From: Haloferax volcanii DS2 | Lineage (GTDB): Archaea; Halobacteriota; Halobacteria; Halobacteriales; Haloferacaceae | Reading direction: 5' to 3' | Assembly: GCF_000025685.1 (NCBI RefSeq) | Contig: NC_013964.1 | Coordinates: 120,001 to 152,000 of the forward strand | DNA: 32,000 bases | Shown: positions 9,270 to 16,614 of the stretch, in pieces | How positions within the stretch are numbered: position 1 is the stretch's first letter | How the letters are laid out: each line of letters opens with the position of its first letter | Made by a program: the position numbers and the translations under genes | Notes under the pieces: model-generated | Told to the model about the DNA's origin: nothing | Seen by the model: the letters and a program-made list of their open reading frames with translations, nothing else | Databases searched by the model: none

Positions 9270-10067
9270 ATGAGCACGCACACAGACACCCGACTGAGAG
9301 ACAGGCATATCGTCGTGACCGGCGGCGCGCGCGGCATCGGCCGCGGCATCGCGGTTCGCTGCGCCCGCGCCGGGGCCGACGTATCGATTTTCGACACGAA
9401 GCCCGAGGTGGCCGCCGAGACGGCCGACCTCGTCCGCGAGGAGGGCGGCGAGGCCGAGGTGTACGAGGTCGACGTGACGGACGCCGAGGGCGTCGAGACC
9501 GCCGTCGACGCCGCTATCGACTCGCTCGGTGACATCCACGGCCTCGTGAACAACGCGGGCGTCCAGCAGGCCGTCCCGCTCCTCGAAACGACCGAAGACG
9601 ACTGGGACCTCCACTTCGAGGTGAACGCCAAGGGGACGTTCCTCGTCTCCAAGGCCGTCGCCAGCCGGATGGTCGACGGCGACATCGAGGGCAGCATCGT
9701 CAACATCTCGTCGGTCGGCGCGGAGCGGCCGTTCTCCGGACAGGGCGCGTACGGCGCGTCCAAGGCGGCCGTCCTCGCCTTCACGACCGTGCTGGCGAAG
9801 GAGCTGAGCGACCACGGCATCACCGTCAACGCGCTCAAACCGGGCACCGTCGAGACGCCGATGGTCGAGGAATGGCTCGACGAGCACGCCGAGCAGTCGG
9901 GCAAGTCGCCGGACGAAATCCTCGCGGAGACGCTCGACGTGCACATCCTCGACCGAATCGGCCAACCCGAAGAAGTGGGCCACGTCGCGGTCCTGCTCCT
10001 CTCCGAGGAGGGCGACTGGATAACCGGCGAGTCCATCGCCGTCGACGGCGGCTACCTCAAACACTAG
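9270..10067 (+). CDS. Short-chain dehydrogenase/reductase (SDR); candidate 2-keto-3-deoxy-sugar-acid dehydrogenase
   Basis: 265 aa with the complete classical SDR motif set: TGGARGIGRG, NNAG, NISS, YGASK, PG, and C-terminal IAVDGG. Confidence 0.9.
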   Translation: MSTHTDTRLRDRHIVVTGGARGIGRGIAVRCARAGADVSIFDTKPEVAAETADLVREEGGEAEVYEVDVTDAEGVETAVDAAIDSLGDIHGLVNNAGVQQAVPLLETTEDDWDLHFEVNAKGTFLVSKAVASRMVDGDIEGSIVNISSVGAERPFSGQGAYGASKAAVLAFTTVLAKELSDHGITVNALKPGTVETPMVEEWLDEHAEQSGKSPDEILAETLDVHILDRIGQPEEVGHVAVLLLSEEGDWITGESIAVDGGYLKH

Positions 10068-10826
10068 TGTTCGTCGCGACGACTTCGAAAGCCGCCCGAA
10101 GCGTCCGAAATCGATGCTTTCGACTCCCCGAGCCGGAGCCGGAACCCGAGCGTTCGGCCACAGCACTCACACGCAGTCCGGTATTATCGGATATTGACTG
10201 TGTAGAACCTGGCGGCCGGGCGAACTGAACCGAGGCGTGCCCGTCGCGGCGCGCGCGACCGCCGTGAGGATGCGAAATCAAGCGACTCGGAGATGTCCGC
10301 ACCGACTCGCGCCGCCGCAGTTGGTGGCCTGTCGTCGCCGTCCGTGACTCGTCCAATTCACCTCTGGCACTCAGCGACGAGCTCGTGGCTTTGAGCACCG
10401 GATTTCGCCTCCGTGGCAATAATAGTCATAAACCTAATTCACATATCGGTGTGTCGTGTAACAGCACGTGGGTGGAGCAATCCGACCCATGTGTAATCAG
10501 CATCCCGTGTATCCAGCACGATAGCCATCAGTACGTCAGTCATACTGTACGCACGGTAGCCCCCACCGAGTACGCCTGCCCAACTGATACTCGTGAACAC
10601 GTGGCGCGGCTACCTACCGAGCACAACGTCCCATTGATGCTCTATTTTTCGGTCGTCTCCCGTCGGCTACGTAGCGTCTGCCTTCCCGACTCCGGCCCCG
10701 CGTTATGCCTAGTCTCCGCGTGAGTCGTCGAACCCCATCTATTCCATCCGACATTGCCGGATATTACTGGTTCGATTCCGACGAACGCGCCTCTCCGAGT
10801 GTGACGAATCGCTCTCCAAACCTGAA

Positions 10827-10834
10827 GATATTTC
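10827..10834 (+). promoter_or_regulatory. Possible TATA box (GATATTTC) for the 208-aa gene
   Basis: AT-rich element centred about 29 bp upstream of ATG 10859. Confidence 0.35.
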
Positions 10835-10858
10835 ACGCCACCGTGTGAAAAGCGAGTA

Positions 10859-11485
10859 ATGGGTACCGACCAAAGCACGAACCGTCGCCTAAGCAAGGTA
10901 GAGCGGGTCATCGAGACGTACGACTTGGACGGATTCGGCGAGCAGCTCGCCGACCGCTGGACGGCTCCCGAGGACAGCGACAGCCTCCGGGACCTCGCGG
11001 ATCTGATGAACGAGAAGGTGCTCGACGCCGCGCTCCGCAAGGCGGGCGAGGACGTCCTCGAAGGCGAGGTCGAGAACCTGTACACGCTTCTCACCGGCGA
11101 CGAGACCACGGAGGGGATGCGCGTTCAGGCGAAGAACACGCTCCAGTCCCGCGGCGTCGACGTCGACCAACTGCTCTCGGATTTCGTCTCTCACCAGGCG
11201 GTCTACACCTACCTGACGGATATTCGCGGCGTCTCGAAGGACTCCTCGTCCGGAAACAGAATCGACAACGTCATCGAGTCCATCCAGCGACTCCGCGGCC
11301 GACTGGTCGCGGTCATCGAGCAGAGTCTGAGTTCGCTCCGCAACACGAGCAAACTCCGACTCGGTGACTTCGATGTCCTCGTGGACACGCAAGTGTACTG
11401 CCGCGACTGCGGGACGCAGTACGAGGTGGTCGAACTGCTCCAGCGCGGCGGGTGCGACTGCGACGAGAGCGAATCGAACTACTGA
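10859..11485 (+). CDS. rdfA: Small acidic protein with C-terminal Cys4 zinc ribbon; RdfA-like (rod-determining factor family)
   Basis: 208-aa acidic ORF. Cys4 motif CRDC-x14-CDC (C181, C184, C199, C201; nt 11399-11461). The overall pattern (EVENLYTLLTGDE, SDFVSHQAVYTYL, YEVVELLQRGGCDC) matches my memory of the haloarchaeal RdfA family. I am confident this is a real gene, but only about 0.6 confident in the family name. Confidence 0.75.
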   Translation: MGTDQSTNRRLSKVERVIETYDLDGFGEQLADRWTAPEDSDSLRDLADLMNEKVLDAALRKAGEDVLEGEVENLYTLLTGDETTEGMRVQAKNTLQSRGVDVDQLLSDFVSHQAVYTYLTDIRGVSKDSSSGNRIDNVIESIQRLRGRLVAVIEQSLSSLRNTSKLRLGDFDVLVDTQVYCRDCGTQYEVVELLQRGGCDCDESESNY

Positions 11486-11529
11486 TTACATACTTAGCGC
11501 TGTCACATTATCCTCGACTCAACGGGTGA

Positions 11530-11537
11530 TTTTATAT
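11530..11537 (+). promoter_or_regulatory. TATA box (TTTTATAT) for the SMC-like gene
   Basis: Centred about 28 bp upstream of ATG 11561. This supports 11561, rather than the GTG at 11537, as the start of a leaderless mRNA. Confidence 0.55.
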
Positions 11538-11560
11538 TGGTGTACCTGTTGGGTCAAGGT

Positions 11561-13510
11561 ATGAGCTCAGAACAAGTGTCAAAATCCAAAGTCCACCTTT
11601 CGGTCGAGAATATCGGTGGCATCGACGACCTGTCAACGTCGTTCGAGCCGGGTGTGACCGTCTTGGCGGGTCGAAACGCCACGAACCGAACGTCGCTCTT
11701 GCGGTCCATCATGGCCGCCCACGGGAGCGACGATGTGGCGCTCAAAGGCGACGCCGACGAGGGCTCCGTCGAACTCACTATCGGCGACGAGGCGTACACT
11801 CGAACGTTCGAGCGGCAGGGCGACACGGTCATCTCCGGCGGGAACCCCGTCCTCGACGACCCGGACCTCGCGGACCTCTTTGCGTTCCTGCTCGAGACGA
11901 ACGACGCTCGACAGGCGGTCGCCCGCGGCGACGACCTCCGCGACCTCATCATGCGTCCGGTGGACGTCGAGTCGATAAACGAGCAGATCGAGTCGCTCCA
12001 GCAGGAGAAACGCGACATCGCCGACGAACTCTCGACGCTCAGCAACCTCTCGGACCGCCTGCCGCAGCTCGAACGCCGGCGGACGAAGCTCGAAGACCAA
12101 ATCGAGGAGAAGGAAGACGAACTCGCGGAGAAAGAACAGGAAGTCGAAGAGTACGACGCCAGCGTGAGCGAGCGGCAGGAAGTCGAGAGCGAACTCGAAT
12201 CCAAGCTCGGTGACCTCCGGAGCAAGCGCCGCGACATCAACGACGTGGACCGCCGCATCGAGACGGAAAAACAGAGCCTCGACGCGCTCGAATCCGAGGA
12301 AGCGGAGCTTGAGGACGACGCCGAGGACCTCCCGGAGGTCGCCGGCGGCAAAATCGACGAAATCGAGTCCGAAATCAGCCGGCTCCGGACGCGTCGGCAG
12401 GAGATTCAGTCGACCGTCAACGAGCTTCAGTCCGTGATTCAGTTCAACGAGGAGATGCTCTCGGGCACGTCCTCGGACGTCGTGGACGCGCTCCGCGACG
12501 CCGACGACGCCGGCGGGAGCGTCACCGACCAACTGCTCGGCGACGACCAGGTCGTCTGCTGGACGTGCGGTTCCGAGGTCGACAAGTCCGAAATCGAGGG
12601 GACGCTCGAACGCCTCCGGACGCTCCGCGAGGAGAAGCTCGAAGACAACCGCGACCACCGCGAACAGCTCTCCGAACTCGAAGACGAGAAGTCCACCTAC
12701 GAGCGCCGCCAGCGCGAGCGCGACCGCATCGAGCGCCGCCTCTCCGAAATCGAAAGCGAGCGCGAGACCCGCCAAGAGCGCATCGAGGAGCTCAAATCCG
12801 ACCGCTCGGACCTCGAAGCCGAAATCGACTCGCTCGAACAGACCGTCGACGAACTCGAAAGCGAGGAACACGGCGACCTGCTGGACCTCCACCGCGAGGC
12901 GAACCAGCTCGAATACGACCTCGGCCGCCTCCGCAGCGACCTCGAAGACGTCGAAGACGAAATCGCAGACATCGAGCGCAAACTCGACGAGCGCGACGAA
13001 CTCGAAGCGGCCCGCGAGGACATCGAAGACGAACTCGAAGAGCTTCGGACGCGCATCAAGCGCCTCGAATCCGAGGCCGTCGAGGAGTTCAACACCCACA
13101 TGGACGACGTGCTCGACGTGCTCGAATACGACAACCTCGAACGCATCTGGATCGAGCGCACCGAAAAGCGGGTTCGGGAGGGCCGAAGGAAGGTCACGAA
13201 ATCGGTGTTCGACCTCCACGTCATCCGGACGAACGAAGACGGCGTGAGCTACGAGGACTCCGTCGCCCACCTCTCGGAGTCCGAGCGCGAGGTGACCGGC
13301 CTCGTGTTCGCGCTCGCGGGCTACCTCATCCACGACGTCTACGAGACGGTGCCGTTCATGGTCCTCGACTCGCTCGAAGCCATCGACTCGAACCGCATCT
13401 CGCGGCTCGTGGACTACTTCGCGGACTACGCCGACTACCTCACCGTCGCTCTCCTCGAAGAGGACGCGCAGGCGGTCGACAGTTCCTATCCGCGCTACTC
13501 GCCGGCGTAA
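11561..13510 (+). CDS. Archaeal SMC/Rad50-architecture protein with central CxxC hook and non-canonical ATPase motifs (Sph-like)
   Basis: 649 aa. N-terminal head half with P-loop-position GRNATNRTS (nt 11669-11695). About 450 aa of E/D/R/L-rich coiled coil. CWTC at residues 333-336 (nt 12557-12568). C-terminal head half with LSESER (13271-13288) and FMVLDSLEAID (13355-13387). Confidence 0.9.
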   Translation: MSSEQVSKSKVHLSVENIGGIDDLSTSFEPGVTVLAGRNATNRTSLLRSIMAAHGSDDVALKGDADEGSVELTIGDEAYTRTFERQGDTVISGGNPVLDDPDLADLFAFLLETNDARQAVARGDDLRDLIMRPVDVESINEQIESLQQEKRDIADELSTLSNLSDRLPQLERRRTKLEDQIEEKEDELAEKEQEVEEYDASVSERQEVESELESKLGDLRSKRRDINDVDRRIETEKQSLDALESEEAELEDDAEDLPEVAGGKIDEIESEISRLRTRRQEIQSTVNELQSVIQFNEEMLSGTSSDVVDALRDADDAGGSVTDQLLGDDQVVCWTCGSEVDKSEIEGTLERLRTLREEKLEDNRDHREQLSELEDEKSTYERRQRERDRIERRLSEIESERETRQERIEELKSDRSDLEAEIDSLEQTVDELESEEHGDLLDLHREANQLEYDLGRLRSDLEDVEDEIADIERKLDERDELEAAREDIEDELEELRTRIKRLESEAVEEFNTHMDDVLDVLEYDNLERIWIERTEKRVREGRRKVTKSVFDLHVIRTNEDGVSYEDSVAHLSESEREVTGLVFALAGYLIHDVYETVPFMVLDSLEAIDSNRISRLVDYFADYADYLTVALLEEDAQAVDSSYPRYSPA

Positions 13511-13529
13511 CGACGCCGACAGCGCTTCG

Positions 13530-13543
13530 TTTTTCTCGTTTTT
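13530..13543 (+). terminator. Oligo-T terminator (TTTTTCTCGTTTTT)
   Basis: Two T5 runs 20-33 nt downstream of the stop at 13508-13510. Archaeal RNA polymerase terminates at oligo-T tracts. Confidence 0.45.
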
Positions 13544-13643
13544 CATCCCCGCGTCGAGTCGCGTCGCGAACGGCGCATCTCGTTTCGAGTTACACTATTA
13601 GGTGCGTCACGAACTGGGCATTGACGGCGACAGGGCGACGCGC

Positions 13644-14408
13644 TCAGGAGAGCGCGATGCTCAGTTCCAACTCCTCTGCGATGCCGAGGAGGACTTCGGT
13701 GAGACGGTCGAACTGCTCGCCTTTCATCCGGTTGGAGGGGCCGGCGACGCTCAGCGCGCCGAACACGTCGCCGTCCGGCCCCATGACGGGCGCACCGACC
13801 GCGCGAACCCCGCTGATCTGCTCTTCGACGTTCAACGCGTAGCCGCGCTCTCTGATTTCGGCGAGTTCGTCGAACAGCGCCTCCTCGTCGTGAATCGTCT
13901 GTTCGGTCTCCTTCGGGAGGCCGATTCGGTCGACGATTTCTCGGACCCGTTCTCGCGGCATGTTGGCGAGGATGGCTTTCCCGCTCGCCGTCGAGTGGAG
14001 ATAGACGCGCTTTCCCACCGTCGACTGCGTCCAGACGCCGTGTTTTCCGGGTGCGGTGTGGACGTACACGCCCCGCCCGTGTTCCTCGACGGTGAAAATC
14101 GAGCGCCGTTCCGACTCCTCGGAAAGGACGTTGGTGTAGTGTTCGGCCTTCCCGAATTTGCGTTTCCGCGTTCGGACGAAGTTCCCGAGACCGAGGAATC
14201 GAAGCCCGAGATGGTAGGTATCGCCCTCTTTAACCACGTATTCCTGCGCTTCGAGAGTCGTCACGTGAGTGTGTGCGGTGCTCGGCGCGATGTCGAGTTC
14301 GCGGGCGATTTCGGTCACGCCCGCCCCGTCGCGCTCCCTGAGTAGTTCGACGATTCTGAGGGTTGTGACCGTCGTTTTGAGCGAACGGTCGTTCGCGGTT
14401 TCGGTCAT
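13644..14408 (-). CDS. IclR-family transcriptional regulator
   Basis: Start taken at ATG 14408 (MTETANDRSL); ATG 14435 is an alternative. wHTH GAGVTEIARELDIAPSTAHTHVTTLEAQEYVV and effector domain GVRAVGAPV..GALSVAGP. Paralogue of 7509-8267. Confidence 0.9.
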   Translation of the reverse strand: MTETANDRSLKTTVTTLRIVELLRERDGAGVTEIARELDIAPSTAHTHVTTLEAQEYVVKEGDTYHLGLRFLGLGNFVRTRKRKFGKAEHYTNVLSEESERRSIFTVEEHGRGVYVHTAPGKHGVWTQSTVGKRVYLHSTASGKAILANMPRERVREIVDRIGLPKETEQTIHDEEALFDELAEIRERGYALNVEEQISGVRAVGAPVMGPDGDVFGALSVAGPSNRMKGEQFDRLTEVLLGIAEELELSIALS

Positions 14409-14772
14409 TATCTGTGGGTCGTCACCATTGCACATAGTATTTTCGCCGCTCCCGAATACCAGTTGTTCGATAACGAATGCGGGCCACGCTGACGCCGAAA
14501 CGAGTTGTTTGTGAACTATGTGCATGCTTTGCGGCTGGATTGGGGTGCGACGCCCCGCCTCGAAGACGGCGAGGTCAACGACCGAAAACCGGCAGAGAGC
14601 GGTCCGGAAGCGTCCGAAACGCGGGAGCGACAACGCTCGTCATATTTCGGCGTCTCCCGGTGTTTGGATTCGTTCCTCGTGAATCGTGCGTTCAGTGGGT
14701 GATTCGAAGCCCGAACGTTCACCGATCCAGAAGTGTTATTATCGTTTCTCCAGTTAAATCGCACGAGACGCA

Positions 14773-15720
14773 ATGAACCACAACGAGACGTTCGAGACGG
14801 TCGAGTCGCTGGAGGCGGAACTCGTCTCACTCACCGAGTCGCTCTGGGAGCAGCCGGAGCTCGGCCTTCACGAGACCGAATCCGCCGAGTTGCTCTCGTC
14901 GGTTCTCCGCGACGGGGCGTTCGACGACCTCGACGCCGTCGAACTGCTGAACACCGGGTCGGAGTTCATGCGCGAGCACGTCTCCGACGACGCCCGCATC
15001 CACTACACCATCCCCGACGGCGGCGGCGCGCCGAACGTCGTCCCCGCGGAGGCGACGGCGTGGTTCTACGTCCGCGCGCCGACCCGAGACGAGGTCGACC
15101 GCATCACCGACTGGCTCGACGACGTGGCCGAGGGCGCGGCGCTCATGACCCAGACGACGGTCTCCCGGCGGTTCCACACGGGCTGTTACGACTACGTGGC
15201 GAACCACGCGCTGTCCGATGCACTGCTGGAGAACATGCGACTCGCCGGCCCCATCCCGTACACCGACGAGGACCGCGAGTTCGCCGCGGAGCTTCAGGAG
15301 ACGCTCTCGGCGGAGACAATCGAGGCGCGGACGGCGCAGCTCCCCGAGGAGCGGCGCGAGGCGGCGCGCTCGTCGGTGCTGTATCCGGACGCCCAGCCCT
15401 CCTACGACGTGGGGACCGTCCTCAACGGCTCGACGGACGTCGGCGACGTGAGTTGGATTACGCCGACCGCGCAGTTCTGGGCGGCGTCGTGGCCGGTGGG
15501 GACGCCCTCGCACACGTGGCAGGCCGTCGCCACAAACGGGAGCTTCGGGTCGAAGGCCGCGGTGTACGCCGCGAAGGTCCTCGCGGCGACGACGCTCGAC
15601 CTGTTTTCGGACGAGGCGCTGGTGGCGGCGGCCCGCGAGGAGTTCGAAGCGTCCGTCCCCGGCGACTACGAGTGTGCGTTGCCCGAGGGGACGGAGCCGC
15701 CGTTCCACCTCACGTTGTAG
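14773..15720 (+). pseudogene. AbgB-type M20 amidohydrolase remnant (ORF intact, about 160 aa of the catalytic core deleted in frame)
   Basis: 315 aa. The N-terminal roughly 50 aa and the C-terminal roughly 260 aa align by eye with E. coli AbgB (481 aa as I recall). The junction is ..LRDGAFD|DLDAVELLNTG... The segment carrying the HxCGH, Asp and Glu-Glu metal ligands is absent. Confidence 0.65.
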
Positions 15721-15820
15721 GTGGCGAGCGTCGGGAAAATCAGCTCTCGTTTCGGTTTGCGGTTTCGCTCGATTTCGTCCGTCTATCCGTCTCTCCGCCT
15801 CTCCGTCGCCGAGGCCCGCG

Positions 15821-16561
15821 TTACTCTAGTTCCGACCGGAGATGCGTCAGGATGCGGTCGGTCGTCGACTCGATGACTTCTTCGAGGAACTCCGGGTCGG
15901 ACTGCGTCGGGTCGCCGAGGCCGCCCTCGACGGTCAGGTCGTCGAAGTGGGCGTACTGGCGGACCTCGTATCGGTTCTTCTTCGTCTGCGGGGTCTTGCG
16001 GTCGCCGCGGACGAGGTCGGGATGGCAGTGCTCGATGACGCTCGTCTCGTACTCGCCGGCGTGGCCCCACTCGGTGCCGAACCGCGCCTCTAACTGGTCG
16101 CGGGCGAAGTCGGTCCAATGTGCGTAGTACGAGTCGAGTCCGTGGTCGCGCTGGAGTCGGTCGAGGGCGAGTTTGTGCGGTTCGGTGTTGCCTCCGTGGA
16201 AGTTGGCGACGAGAAACCGGGTCCCGCCGTGGCGCTGGACTGACCGGCCCACGTCGATGATTATCTCCTGGTACGTGTCGGCTCCGAGCGAAATCGTCCC
16301 CGCGTAGTTGATGTGGTGCTCCGAGTAGCCGTACGGGAGCACCGGCAGCACGAGGAGATTCAAGTCGTGTTCCGGGGCCGCCGCGGCGAGCTCCGCGGTC
16401 AGGTTCTCCGCTCGGATGGAGTCGACCGAGGTCGGGAGGTGCGTCGAGTGCTGTTCGGTTGCCCCGCAGGGGAGCACGACGAAGTCCGCCTCGTCGAACG
16501 CGGTTTCGGCTTCCTGCCACGTCATCTCCGCTAGGAGCGACTGTGACTCCGTTGAGTCCAT
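15821..16561 (-). CDS. Creatininase-family amidohydrolase
   Basis: Motifs CGATEQHSTHLP, LPYGYSEHH, NFHGGN and HAGEYETS. Start taken at ATG 16561 (MDSTESQ); the ORF track starts at the upstream GTG 16573. Confidence 0.9.
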   Translation of the reverse strand: MDSTESQSLLAEMTWQEAETAFDEADFVVLPCGATEQHSTHLPTSVDSIRAENLTAELAAAAPEHDLNLLVLPVLPYGYSEHHINYAGTISLGADTYQEIIIDVGRSVQRHGGTRFLVANFHGGNTEPHKLALDRLQRDHGLDSYYAHWTDFARDQLEARFGTEWGHAGEYETSVIEHCHPDLVRGDRKTPQTKKNRYEVRQYAHFDDLTVEGGLGDPTQSDPEFLEEVIESTTDRILTHLRSELE

Positions 16562-16614
16562 AGAGTGTCTCACGTAGAGATATACTGAAAACGACGGGTG
16601 CGTCGATACCCGTC

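Noticed and set aside
10385-10723. 112-aa ORF (GTG start) in the low-GC spacer
   Set aside because: The Cys/His/Ser-rich, non-acidic composition is atypical for this organism. It has no promoter-like element and no recognisable motif. I treat it as non-coding, and the spacer itself is reported as a finding.
10769-10779. GGTTCGATTCC, reminiscent of a tRNA T-loop, which could mark a tRNA fragment or att site beside an inserted module
   Set aside because: The flanking bases (ACTGG...CCGAC) do not form a T-stem. There is no acceptor-stem or CCA context, and I found no matching direct repeat on the other side of the module (13511-13643).
11633-13546. 637-aa minus-strand ORF covering the entire SMC-like gene
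   Set aside because: It is the mirror image of GAR/GAC-rich codons, which read as Phe/Val/Leu-rich on the opposite strand. It has no start context and no motifs. The plus-strand gene has a promoter, a terminator and clear domain architecture.
12565-13842. 425-aa plus-strand ORF spanning the SMC-like gene 3' end and the IclR gene 3' end
   Set aside because: It is an Arg/Pro-rich alternative frame that crosses a terminator and a convergent gene. It is not coding.
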